In this document: positions 1 to 50,504 of the stretch, in pieces
Layout: each line of letters starts with the position of its first letter
Position numbering within the stretch: the first letter of the stretch is position 1
Origin: Balanoglossus misakiensis
Lineage: Eukaryota > Animalia > Hemichordata
Assembly (NCBI GenBank): GCA_040954595.2
Contig: CM082582.2
Span: 10,283,483 to 10,347,482, forward strand
Length of the DNA stretch: 64,000 bases
Reading direction: 5' to 3'
Program-made: the position numbers and the translations under genes
The notes under the pieces: generated by a model
Told to the model about the DNA's origin: nothing
The model's database searches: none
The model's input: the letters and a program-made list of their open reading frames with translations, nothing else

Positions 1-555
1 ATTATTCTCATAAATCTCTCTCACTTCCGACTTATTTTTTTTTCTGTAGGCAATATAAATCTCTTATTTTTTTGGAATGGAATATAGGCATATACAAATC
101 TTTTATAAGCTAAAGATTCAAGGATATCTTTTTTCGCAGCCACAAACTCCAAAATGGCTCTGATATTGATTCCAACAAAGTAATGGTCTGTACGACACAC
201 AAACAAACACAAACACATTTCATCATACACGCAAATAATTCTTCACACATGATTGATAAATCCTACATCTGTCCGAGTTTCCTCGCATCACGAATCAAAT
301 CCATCTCGGCCATCAATTACAAATCCGAGTGTCACATTTACGGAATAAACTGAAAGGCTGGAAAAAAACGCACCACAGAGAACACTGGGATATAATTCAC
401 CACACAGCTGCACCATAAATTAATGATGCCCATCCGCATCTTGTGCATCCGCCACAGATAAATAATACATCAATCCGTGTTGCGCAAACGCATTGTCACA
501 CAGGGCTATTGCTACAACACAGACAGTCCTCGATCACACTTGTTCTGTGGACTCA

Positions 556-25492
<24,937 letters not shown>

Positions 25493-25555
25493 TTACGTTA
25501 TTAATGTCAACCGTGACCTGCAAATAATGTTGCTGTGTACTCTCTCCGCACTGGG

Positions 25556-25636
25556 ATCACGTGATTAGATGTGACGTCAAAGCGGGCGACGAAGACTACA
25601 AGATTCCTTCTACAGGGGTGGCTGCGTATTCACGTG
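25556..25636 (-). promoter_or_regulatory. Probable CMIP proximal promoter motifs (E-box plus CRE)
   Basis: Palindromic ATCACGTGAT (25556-25565), TGACGTCA (25572-25579) and a second CACGTG (25631-25636) lie about 270-350 bp upstream of the CMIP ATG in a CpG-rich zone. Confidence 0.5.
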
Positions 25637-27287
25637 TAAGAAACGCGTCTTTTTCGTGCACGTTGGTAATAGACATGTTTATTTTTCTCCTCTACAAAAC
25701 GACAAGTCCGATTCAAACCCTAGTAGAAATGCTGCCCCAAGGCATGTAACAGTTTTTGTTCCGTCTTAAAAAATGCCCAAGATCTCTACGTAGAATTGGG
25801 GAATCATTTTTTGTTTATTTGGGAAAGCATATAGCAAGTTAGCAACAATGAACTTCTTGTGGCTTTTTCTGAAAAATAAAAAATGTTTGAGAACCATATG
25901 GTACAGGTTTATGTCTTTATCATTATTTTGGATAAATTACACCATAGGCAGTCGAGAGAGAGAGAGAAAAAAAACCCTGTAATAATCAAAAAGTTTCTAA
26001 AAAAAACGCTGCTGAACTTTTGAACTTAACTTCTGCACGACGCTGTCTATTTATAAAGAAAATAGTAAGGTCAACACCATACAACACAAAATCGTTGATT
26101 GCACGAAGCGAACTATCCAATAAAGTTCCATCAGAGGTCGTCGTTTATCAATGGCCGAGGCCAAACCTGCCTTAGGCCTACTGTTTATCCAATGCATTCA
26201 GATTTCAGAGAGAATTCATATTTTTTTGTCGTCATCTAGCATTTCTGTGTAACACCTGCTAAATTTTAGGCTAAATTATACCTAAAGTATACCTGGACGA
26301 ATATACCTTATGCAAGGTGAACAAGTCCCAGATCATACTAGTACTTGGAACTTTTTGCACTGGTGTACGACACTGCCTGGCATTTCGATCAATCGAGCGG
26401 AGCGAGCACGCATCTGTGAGGGCGTGGCATACGGCGGACACGATGTGAAAAGAGAGCACGGTCGTGACTCAGTCGATAAATATAGGCAGTTCCTTTCATC
26501 ATAATTCTTTAAGACCTCCATTTTGGTCCGGGAGAGGTGGATTCACAATAATATTCAGTCGGTCGTCACAACTCCTTGAACTATACACATCCCAAGGGCA
26601 TAAAATTGTGTATTGAGATAATGAGAGAGGACTGTACCAGCGGAACATTGACTAGGACAGATCACGTACACATAACATCATCATGATCATAGACATGTAC
26701 TAGTACATAAGAAAGCAGAATGAATGCCTATCGACTGAAAACACACATCCGAAACGATAAGTGGTATCACCTTCATGTCCACAACGTCACGTTTCATGTT
26801 TTCCATAATCTTTCTTGTATAAATACATGGTGTATTATTAGTGGCTCATCCGACTAAGTTGAAATGCACACTTATCGATGATGTGAGCTAAAGAGCAAGA
26901 GCGATCGATTGATTGAAACTCGGCCCTATATTCTGGCACACAATGTGAATTTGTGTTTCCAATCACTTGAGCAGACACGTGCACGTGCACGCGCGCCACG
27001 CCCACACGCACTCCTTGCATTGAGATTTGCTGTAAATGTCCCACTTCTGTTCCTGACGTGTACAATTACGCGCGTAACAACTCACTAGAACGTCAATTGG
27101 TAACGACTGGAACACGACTTTTTTGTTGTTCTCCCCTGGAAGAGACCTCCTGAATTACTCTAAATGCCAAGTCGACTGTGACGCAGTTATGACATTACTG
27201 CGGCGTCTCCGGTGTTACCGTGACAACGTATGACCATCGGGCTGTCATCTCGTGACGAGGTCGAAGAAAACTTAACCGACATCTTGG

Positions 27288-27294
27288 TGATGGC

Positions 27295-27332
<38 letters not shown>
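27288..27332 (+). repeat. (GAT)n microsatellite
   Basis: About 12 tandem GAT units; produces the poly-Met artefact ORF 27230-27430. Confidence 0.95.
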
Positions 27333-30300
27333 CGGTGAATCACGACAAATGCAACGTCGATATCACTTTATGTCATTGTATTTCGAACTTACTTCCAAGC
27401 TACTACAGTTTCCTTGTTATGAACATATAATCCAGTTACAGCAATATAGGGGCTAAAAAAGAGATTGTTTTAAATATCCCATGCAGGTACTTGGGTGAGA
27501 CACCTGCATCTGCTTTCCATATCACCGATTTGAACCAGTTTTGAAAATAGGCAAATACTGCAGCATTAGAACTTTACTTTTTCTGAAATCGTTGTGTTAT
27601 CCTGTATCAGGTATATTCTATTAATCCTGTTTCCATCACTACACCTTCCCTGTGATTTGGGAACATGCATAGGTCAGTATGTCGTGGTCAATTTATCACC
27701 ACCACATACAGGGCACACATAGTATGTAGGCGACACGCGGTCGTTTTGAAACACTCGGCTATGATGATGCGGTGTGCACAAGCCGATGCGACGTCACAGA
27801 TAGGACGGACAAGGCCGGATGGGGCAAATCTTATAATATTATATAGTGAGGTACAAGAGTTGAATGAATTAAAATATTGATAAGAGGTGACGCGCGTGTG
27901 GGATTTATCTTTCCCACGACCCACTAAGATTACGCACAGTCCTAGTTACTATGAGAGGCGGATTCCGATCTGACCCTGCAGGTCTATGATGATGACTGCA
28001 ACGGCTGGGCAAATAAAGGTTAGCGGCTGGCGCTCGTGTTAGCTCGCTTGGCGGTCGATTTACTCGCGGAGATAATCCGCGGTGCCAATTTTTGCACGCT
28101 GGAAGCGTTATTATCGCTAAACACCGAGGAGAATCATCACGACCTGTTTGGAGGAAGGCCAAAAAGGGGATGAAATTGGGTCGAGACTCGCCCTATTCAC
28201 CTTAATATTTAATTTTATCGATTTTGCGTTCTGAGGAACAACCACTTCCAATTTAGAGTGTCTAAGTCTCCTAAATGACCACATGCGACGCACTTTTTTG
28301 CCAACCAACTAAAATTTGTGATTGGCTGGACCTCAACTTTACCTGGTATTTTTCGCGAAAATAATGTGAGTACTCCGATCCCCCCTAAATGAGAACAGAG
28401 AGCTTGCACATATTAAACTGTGTTGTGAAACTATTAAGATACTCAAGATGACCCAGCCGAGTCCAGGGTTGACTTTGTCGGACAGATAAGGGATGAGAGA
28501 AACCAGTGAAGGGGTTGTGAACATAAGAAAGAAAAACGCAGAGGACACAATCCAGGAATTTTATTTTAAAAGGTCGGTGGAAGTGGGAAGATAACCAGGA
28601 AGTGGTGATGACGTAAGATCTGAAATCTGAAGAAACAGAGCAAAGTACAGATGATGGTGACGTAAAAAAAAAGCGAAGTGCAGATGGTGACGTTAAAAGC
28701 GATTTGACAATGCGGTGTAAAGTACTTGTTCTGATCATAGACAGTCTATGCTCTGATTGTAATCACGGTAACTTGTCTGGTTGAACTTGAATATTCTTCT
28801 CTTTATGAAGGCGCGAGACAAATGCTTGGTTTTACACACACATCTACTCTAGAGAGAGATGTGCAAGGAAAGGTCTTTCACACGCCAAGTCCAACCTTAT
28901 CCTAAAAAAAGAATGGATTCGTGACAAACCATGGTCACTGACTTCACGGCAACAGGTGGTTGAATGCTCTTTTTATAACGAGACTCTTTCTCAGAATGAT
29001 AATCAACTTGAAGTACTCAGAACCAATATGTGTTTCACAGTTTCAAAAATTATGACCCTCGTGGGTGCATGTACCAGGAAACAGTAAACGTATGTGTGTG
29101 TGAATAACACTGAGGTCTCAATATTTTGTCATCTGTTGATAACGAAGAATAAAATGCATGGGTATTAATATGTAGTCCATAGAGAATATTATGTCAAAAC
29201 TCGTATTGGTATTTTGGGATATTTTTTCTGGGTTGTGACATTATAGAATATTGGAAGTCGTACATCTCATAGGATCGTATCGCAAAACAAATCTGCTTGC
29301 ACAGATAAGTGACGGTGTTATCGCCTTGTCTTGAAGACATCGATCGCATTTGAAGTGTATCAGTTCTTCACACGTCTGGAGTGATGGTGTCAGACACACG
29401 AATGACCGGTCCAATATCGTTGTGGTCGGACTTTTCTGAAACGCGCACCAGATACGTGTTTTTGCCGTGAACAAGACAGTCATTCATCATTTACTCTGCC
29501 ATGAAGTGTTCATAGGTGATTCGCTTTTGGGCAAATACGCTATTCAAGGACCCAATGCGACAATTTGTTGCGTTCGTGCTTCTTGCTATTGTATAATTAG
29601 CTATATACCATCCAACGATCATAAGCGGGGATTTTTTATGAGGGGTGCGACATGGCGACTAATTTTACATGGGTGATGCCGATGTCACTTGACAAGACTA
29701 GTGGGTTAGCTTCAAAGAAAACGGAAAAGCCTCACTCTTTTGTTGCATTTTAACAAACACAGGGATTTTCAGGGTCGGCGTGGAAAACAACAGGTGATGT
29801 TGCCGGGGTAACAAACGCAGCAAACAAAACAGATCGCACGTCATCACGCCAACTCTTCCTATTCTTTCAAAAATGAAATTATGCATTCTGCCTTGTCTGA
29901 GATCAAGGTTTTCTGAGAACGCGAATCAAAATATTTCTCGGTAAATATCAGATCTATCAAACGTCACGGTATAGTAGCATGGTTTTTATGGTGGACATGA
30001 ATTCGAGACTGATAATGATTGCAATCCAAGTTCAAAAACCTCTACTATATGACCTTGAACGAGAAGGTCGCTCACTCTGTGTGCGGGTCAAACACCCAAA
30101 CAAGATAGAATGGAAAGGCAAAACTCTCAAACGACAACTGCATTCAAGCTCCGAGTCAAGTACAGAATCTAAAAAAACTCATTGCATCCCGGCATACCAA
30201 TTACCTATCTATCTAGTCACATCTGTGTCACTGTTATTGTCGACTGCTGAATTTAGAGTCGAACTTATCGGATTCAACCTTGCAAATATAATAACCAGGT

Positions 30301-32600
30301 CGCGTTGAAAAGTGGGCATGGCATTGAACATAGCAGTCGACACAGAAATTACCAAGTTGAACGCGGCGTATCATTTTGATAGTATTTCTTATACATTTGC
30401 AGAACTATAAAATAGGGAAAACAAAGTTAGAAACTGTCCATGTTACTCCCGATCCCCTTGTCCCTGTCCATTGGATTCGAATTGTAACGAGTATACTGGA
30501 GTATAGAGGTACTGCATGTATTAGACCTCTTGTCGTTCCCTCTGTCTCCTAGCAATTTGTCGCATCATCAGGACAAACGTGATAGGTAAACACAAAAGAG
30601 AGAAGGTTTGGAAAGACGATATATGTGTTATTATTTAGTTATCCCTTGTAGTTTTACCCAGACCTCCGTTTGCTCCCCGCCCCCAATGGCTGTGTAGAGT
30701 ACACTGTTATTAAATAAACTCCAGGTGAGCTGCGCAGCTTCCCCTCCCCAATATCCTCCGCTCCCTTCCAACCTGGTGCGTTGCCTGGCGACGGGCGTAA
30801 GGTTCTACAGCGCCCTCGAGTGGCGTCTGTCGGCCCGGGTTTGCAAGGGAGGGGCAGCACCACCATAATATTGATTCCAGTGCCTGTGGCTACCAAAATT
30901 CATCATGAAGATGTTTGCAAAGATAGCATATCGTTAGCAAACTCTTCTCGGGCCCCAAATCACCACATACGGTCCCTTCACGTTGTTTCCATGGTCGGAA
31001 TATTGACGGCCCACTGCCCAGATAATTCTACTGGCCGTTCACAAACTTTCTTTTGCAGATGCAGCAAAGCAACTCACGACTTTTGCACAATCAATTACGT
31101 CAAATCGCCAAGAGAGCCCGTATTAGTTGATACGCTAGCTAATTGATTGGAATTATGATCTATAAATAGTTACAGGAGGAAGGCTAATTGGGTGAAAAAT
31201 TACCACAGAGGTTGACATCAACATCTCTTGGGGTCTCGGGTTACAGATAAGCATCTTCGATATAATGACCCACTGCACAGACACTGGAATGACAAGGTCT
31301 GTGGTCAAATCATGGTTCATAATGACTCGGGTTGCAAGTCAGACTTGAAATTATAAATCCATCATTTTATATCAATAGTACTGATGTATTGAAAAATATC
31401 CATGCCCTGTCCATCTCTCTTTACCCCTCCGACTCTGTCTGTCTGTCTCTCCCCTCTCAAACACATTCATATTTGGACAACAAAGGCGAAAAAAGTTACT
31501 GTATGTGGCAAATGGAGCCACTGTGTCATCCGGTCTTCAAAGGATCTTGTTTTGATGTTCCAATGCGTTTACCAAATAGCCGTCATTAGGTAATACATCG
31601 GCTAGAGAGTTATCAATTACTCTCCCCCACAAGAAGCCGAATTATCGTCAATTATCGTAATGTCTTTCAACAACACGTACGTGAGGTGAGAGTTACCTAT
31701 ATCTTAATGAGACACGTGTCGGGGCAACATGTGCAGTGGGAATTCCCGCATTCAATTACCTGGCAAAGCTGAAGATTGTTACCTTGGCAAAGTGCCCCGG
31801 GATTCCCCCTGGGGGAGGGGGTGAAGGACCGAATCATATGCGCAGTACAGTAAATGACAGAACGTGACAGAACATCGTTTTGTTTTGAAACAAAAACAGT
31901 TGCTACCCAACATAGAACCTTTCACTGAACCAATCATTCTCTCAAATGAAACAATAAAACACTTTTATTTCAAAACACAGGCTGCACTTATCTTTATCTC
32001 TGTTCACATTTTTTATTGAATAAAAATCTTTCACAGATGGAAAACGGAATCAGTCATAAATGACATCTGTGCCATTATAAAACGAAGCGTCACATTGACA
32101 AGTTGCTATGTTTGAAACAGGTACACTATTCTTAGTGTGCATTTTACTCGCCATGGCTAAACAAAAAAAATCACACAGACACGAATCATAAAATAGGTTA
32201 CCATACCATTAAAAGTAATGCCGGCTGTAGAACTAAAAATATACACGAATCTCACATCATTGTAGCTCACACTTACTAAAAGTAATTAAAGGCTTCACCT
32301 GACATATTTGCAAAAGTGGTAGAAAATAAAACATACATTGAATTCATAATAAGCATGTACGTGACTTTCATAAGGTCCCGTGTGTAATCATTGTGTGGGT
32401 TTACATCACATTGTATAATATATATAAATGCATATTCTTTTTAAGTATAAAAAAACAAAATGTTTGTACCAAAAGTATCTCCTTCAAAAGTTTCACATTT
32501 TGCAGTGTCCATTGAAGTCTTCGGCAAAACATCCCACACATCATCCGTCAACCTTTGAACTTTGACCGTTCACCCCACAATAGTCTTTTATTTTTTTAAT

Positions 32601-44753
<12,153 letters not shown>

Positions 44754-46524
44754 GTGAACGAGGACTGTCCCTCGGAGAGATATCCATTCACTGTGCACTT
44801 CTCTGCTACCTTCTTCCTGTCATTACCTTGGCGCTGATTAAATACACTGTCTTTTCCATCAGTCCACCGTTCTGCAGCCCTCCCACTAGCGACTACATCT
44901 CCGAGTTTGTGCGTAATGAGAAGTCCGTCTCCAACTCATGCCATATTGGCCTGTAAAGAAATGAACATACAACAGGTATCATGAAAAGAATGGCCCAGCA
45001 CTGGTTAAACTTTGAGTACTGGTTGGGCATGTATTAAAATACAGTACATTCACCTCTATTATGGATGTATATATAGTTGAGTTGTTTGCGCCTGAGAATC
45101 ATGTGATGTCTGGCTGGGCAACTACATGGATGTAGGAGGGTGGAAGATAAAAACAGTGAGAGAACACAGCTTGTATGCTCTACTATTAAAACCAGTGACA
45201 GTCCCCATACAGGGCTTTTGCGGCAACGGTAATGAACACTGGCCTTAATAAAGGTTATAGAAATCTGCCCGATGCATTTGGCATTTTTCCTGAATTCAGT
45301 GTACATGTAGATTAGAGAACTGTTGTGCCACAAAGAATAATTTTGATGGATTTCAATCAATTCTAAATGTTCATATACCCCGCTGGCAAACTCATTTTGC
45401 AATACATCAATGAAGCATGAGTTTAAATTGGACAGCACATCAGTAAGCAGGTAAAGTACAGAGCTCCTAACATGTACAGCCCTGAGGACTCTGACCCCAA
45501 CACATCCATCAGGTGCATTTATGTGTAGCCCTGCATAATGGAATCTTTGATATAAAGCCCTACCCTGCTGAACTATACAAGCAAAGGATTATTCATTTGT
45601 AAGTATTTCCCTCAAGAGTCAAGTTAGAACCAGTCTGGCTGCCAGCGTCTAATGGAATATTAGCTCATTTTATTTGCTTGTTGAATTGCAACTCTTCTTT
45701 TCAGTTTTGTGGTTTCCATGAAAGAAAAGGACATAAGAGGAACAATTTTCCCAAACTCAAATATTTCAAAATACTACAATCAGTGAACAATGATGGGTGG
45801 TCTCGTTACTTTCACATATACTGAATAAAGCATGCATTGGGCTTTTAAAGAACAATGTGTAAATTTTGGTAGTATTCAGTATTTTTGTTAGACTTCCCTT
45901 GTTCTATTCCCTGATACTGACTGATATGTAAATTCAACTTGTCAACACAGCCTATTACTACAGTGTATGTTATTGTTGGAAAAGTGAATTCAAGTCCAGA
46001 CTAGAATTCCTTTGCAAGTCAACAATAACAACAGTCGTTACAAAAGTAAAAGGCTAGAGTTCACAAGGAATTTTAACATGCTTTAGTGTGGGGAACAGAG
46101 CAAGATAACCTCAGTTGATATGATACACATACACTGAACAACAAGTTGCCAAAAATGATGGTGTTCCTCGCTGCAGTCTCAAAAAGATAATACAAGGCTG
46201 TACCCTGTGCCAAAACTTGACGTCGTCTCTACGGCATAGACTAGCCAAACTGTAGACAAAGCCCAGTGTTCCTGCATTGTACCCTATCCCTTGTCTACAC
46301 TATGTGTAAATTACATGTACTCACCAAAACACACGATACGAGTTGCGATGTGGTTGCACACGCTGCGACGAATGAACAACTTCCGCCCAATTCCTGAGCG
46401 AGCTCTGCCACTTTCCTCTTGAAAACCGACCCTGTTACAACTGCATTCACTTCTAGTCACTTACTGTACATATTTATCCTAGAATTTCAAAAATATTGAA
46501 CAGCAGGCATTTTCCACACTCCGG

Positions 46525-46975
46525 ACTTACTTTCACGGCGGACGGTGTCCAACAAAGGTCTCATTCAACTGAAATGTGATTGGCTGGGATCAGGACGCCA
46601 TCTTTGGCTGTCTAGACATCCTAAGTTACTCCTTATATCCTCATTCTACGAAATTCCATCTGTTAGTTCAGGAAAGATGAGACGTAATGTACAGGTATCT
46701 TCAATTATAGCGACCAAAACTATAAAAAAGGTGTTAATATCTATGTTTAGTTATTAAATTACCACGACATTAATCAAATAAGGACATTCTAATAATCATC
46801 TTTGCATAGATTGCACTCAACTAGGGAGTTTCTAGGGCTTTTGGGGACTTCCGTATATATTTCATGAAAAGTGGCGAAAACAGTGACAGCTGTATGTCAT
46901 ATTACTGGGTGATGTTTTGGGTATCTTCCATCGAGGCATGGTGATTCTCAAAATTAATATTCACGCCTTGTAAGT
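46525..46975. promoter_or_regulatory. Probable bidirectional promoter between MBTPS1 (minus) and the peptidase-like gene (plus)
   Basis: Outward-facing splice donors bracket the region: minus-strand GTAAGT at 46525-46530 (and GTGAGT at 46319-46324), and plus-strand GTAAGT at 46970. It contains a YY1-type AAGATGGCG on the minus strand (about 46595-46603), a CCAAT (gattgg 46578-46583) and an ETS-type ACTTCCG (46847-46853). TSS positions are inferred. Confidence 0.55.
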
Positions 46976-47417
46976 AAACGACTCATTGCGCTCCTCTAAC
47001 GATTATTTTTCGAGCTGGCAGTGTATCTATTTAGCTCGGCCCCTCACAAACACATTGATGCAACTGATGTGATGTTGGGTGATGGGTAAATTATTGTAGA
47101 ATACATCCAATCAGACGTGTTAATTAATGAAAGTTTTTTTCTACAGATGATTCGCCCGACAAAACATGTCTGTCAAAGGCAATAACACTTCGAATCTAAG
47201 CAAGAAATGCAATGTTTGTCTTTTCACAAGTTCCAGTAAAATATGTAAACACAGCTTCAAGGTGTACACACAAGTGATGCTTTGTGGAATGACAATTTTT
47301 TGATGTACATTTTCAATTTATGTTTCAGGTAACATCATTCATAGGAAATAAAACTTACTTCTCAAGGAATATAGCAGTTTATTGCATAGTTATGTAAGCC
47401 TCTGGACAACCGTAATC

Positions 47418-50400
47418 ATGGCTCATAGTTTAGACAACGCGGACTTGAATCATGGAATTAATGATCACTTGAATGGTGGCGAAGAAGAGGAAGATGAAGT
47501 TGATGTCATCACACCTGACATTGGAGATGATGATGATTATGCAGATGATGACCTTGACCTACAGGCCAGGTCAGAGTCAAGGTCGCCAGACTTGAATCAG
47601 GACGAGGCAGATGCCTCCAGGCCACAGTGTGCCAATGCTAACAACCACGACAGGCTTGTTTGCAACGGGCATGATGAGAGACTTGTGAATGGCATGGATT
47701 TACCTGATGAAGGCATCGAGGAAATGGAAGATGGCGCGGCCGAGGCTGCTGGGGACAGGGACAGTTTTATGAATGAGTTTGCGGACGAGGACATTGAGAT
47801 TACAGAGACAAACAGCGATTTTAACAACATTGACGATGGCGTCAATTTTAGGCCGTCTGCCTGGAGAGGATCTGAGCAGGAAGATGTTGGTGTGAATGGC
47901 AGTGGGATTGTCAACGGACATCTGCATAACAATGAGGATGTCTACGGTGATGAGGATGATGATGGCGATGTTGATGTGAATGATGGACACTTGGATTTAG
48001 ACAGGTTTTTGAGTCATGTTGATAGGAGGGAAAGGAGGCGTGTAGAGGTGGACAATCATGCCGAATGCAGGCAGGGGAGGAACTGTCTTAGTTTTAGCCG
48101 GCAGTCCTGTCCAAGGTGTCGTCACCACTTGTCACAGAGTGGAGAAGGAAGCGTGTCAAATCATGTAAATGAATATCAAGACAGGGGAAACCCTTACAGT
48201 GATCAGCTGTGGGACGATCAGGAAGAGGATGAGAGTAATGAAAATGATGAAAACCTTGAAGGCGCTGTTGGCGGTTGTGACGTTGTCAACGACGACGGCA
48301 ACAACGACGACGATGGTAACCAGAGCAACAGCAATGTGGATGCGGATGACGAGAGGGAGCGGGAGGAACCGACTGAGGAGGACAAAATGGCAGCTGACAT
48401 CATCAACTTTGGCCTCATGTATTTCAGAGGGGGCCACCACAAAGTGAAGGACATCCTGAAAAAGGTGGCGCGGTCCAAGTACGCCAACATGATCGACTTC
48501 AACAAACTGATAGAGGACATCCACCTCTACGAGCAGAGGTACCGTGCGAAGGAAGCGCGGGACAAGGACCTGGACAGCAGTGGCAGCAATAATGACGAGC
48601 ACACAGGAGACAACGAGGACAGCATTGACAGTCTTGAGAAAGATGAGGACGATATCGGATGCCAGGACGAGGCCAACAACACAGACATGAGATTGAATTA
48701 CAAGAGGCCGGACGATCATAATAATTTTGATTATTTGTCGATGATATCAGAGTATGATAATCCCCTTTCATTTGAGGACAGTGGTGATGAGGTGAGTATC
48801 AAATCTTGTATCTTTTGAAATATTGGTATTCCTTACTGCCAAGCAGTGTTATTATATTCCAAAGAGGGAATCGAAATGCCCAAATGCTGTACATGTAGTG
48901 TGATAAAAGTTCCAGTCACGGAAAGTTCTGAGATGATGTTTATCTAATCAAGTTTGACGTTTTGTGAATTTCAGAGTGACCAAGATGACAAGCCGGTGAC
49001 ACCGATGAAAGCAGATGACGATACAGTATTCCTGTGGACATTTGAAGAGGCAGTTGCCAGACAAGTCAGACAAATAGGAGCCTCAGCGTGTGGTGCTACA
49101 GCTGCCATTAATGTACTGGTAAGACAAATACGAAATAATCACCTCTGTCTGATTTACATTTGCCAAGTTAGGTGTGAAAGTTGTACAATTGTTGTCAAGG
49201 CAGAATGTAGGCCATGGCTAGTTCTTTATTCAAAAGCAGTTTTCTTGAGTTCATGGCATAATCTATGTTTTCATTTTATCAACCCTGCAGAATTGTTTGT
49301 ACATGTGCCCAGACATCAAGACTGTGGCGGACACAATACCAACTCGTCTCCGAGCTAATCACTCGCCACTGCCGGAGTACTTATTTTCCCGGAGCATTGC
49401 CGGAACAACGCACGAAGACTTGATTGAGAGCTTGAGCAAGCTGACGGAAGGCAAGGTTTACGGGAAATTCTTTCCGTTCTATCCCAAGAGGGACGTGGAC
49501 CTGAAAGAGTGGCTGGCAGAATGGATGAGAAAAGGTGAGTCTACACTGATATGTAAATAAGATGTAGCTGAAAACAAATTCTGCCTGAAAGGGTGCACTG
49601 CAGCATTCTTAGAAATAACCTCATGAGAGTATTGCCTGTAATCATAAGTGATCTCCAATCTGTTTGTAGGTGTGGTTCCTATGGCAACACTCAATTTACA
49701 GAAAGGACAGGAGCCTGGATGGAAAATACCAGACGCTTGGCATCATCAGATGGTGCACGGACTCGGACCGGATGGCATTTACATGACCAACCCCTTGGTG
49801 ACGGAGAGTGTGGAACGACTTAATCAGCAGCTTTGTAGTGACTCCATATTGCTGGTAAGTAGAGGTGCAGCAGTTTATACACGTTTGTCACAGAAAATAA
49901 TCCATCTTCATATAGCAGAAACTGACTTATAGTGCGCCACCTATGGTCAAGATTAATATTGATTGTGCAACACCTATGGCACATGGATCAGTCTTATTCT
50001 TCCACCATTTGTTTTTTTCTCCACTCAGATCAGAAAATATGATGTCTTAGGACGATGGAATGAAGAGACCGACCTGACACCTCTGATGACACATCCCGAT
50101 AAAAGATGGGCGGAAATGAATGTGTTAGGTAACCGCACTGTGCCTTTAGCAACTTTTGTGATTTTAATGTCTCCCTAACTTCGAAATTGATTTCAGTGTG
50201 ATGTGTTTTTCACTCAAGCCACTCCTATTTTCTAACATCTACAGGTCAAGTTGTGAACATGATCCGTGAGAGGACACCGCCAGCCATGGATTATCCTGGA
50301 TTCGGACAGCAGTCCTATCGTCTGATGACAACTCACATCAAGATTCCGGCAGCCTACAAATCCGGCATCACCTTGTTTGTCAAGACGTCGAAGGAGGACG

Positions 50401-50504
50401 TTTACAATGAATTATGCTCCGCTCCGCAATTACCAGTACTTGAACAAGGCGGAGAGATCCGGAATATCTGCGTCGCATCCGGCAGGGTGTGCAGAAAACT
50501 GTGA
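47418..50504 (+). CDS. Uncharacterised protein (about 768 aa): acidic low-complexity N-terminus plus putative papain/C39-like cysteine peptidase domain
   Basis: Six phase-consistent GT-AG coding exons: 47418-48791, 48975-49118, 49291-49534, 49670-49854, 50029-50128, 50245-50504 (2307 nt). Motifs RQIGASACGATAAINVLNCL, AGTTHEDL, DAWHHQMVHG and IYMTNP. The gene structure is solid; the functional call is inference. Confidence 0.85.

Noticed and set aside
27230-27430. Poly-methionine ORF
   Set aside because: Artefact of the (GAT)n microsatellite.
28736-28750. Short palindrome CATAGACAGTCTATG
   Set aside because: It could be a transposon scar, but it is single and too short to support a call.
30654-31146. 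Overlapping 80-aa and 121-aa ORFs in a GC-rich intergenic patch
   Set aside because: TTG starts, an in-frame stop just upstream of the minus-strand ORF, no signal peptide or family motif, and no consistent splice chain.
47597-48771. Several minus-strand ORFs (111, 96, 187, 100 and 90 aa)
   Set aside because: Antisense shadows of the D/E/N-rich coding exon, whose codon bias suppresses stops on the opposite strand.
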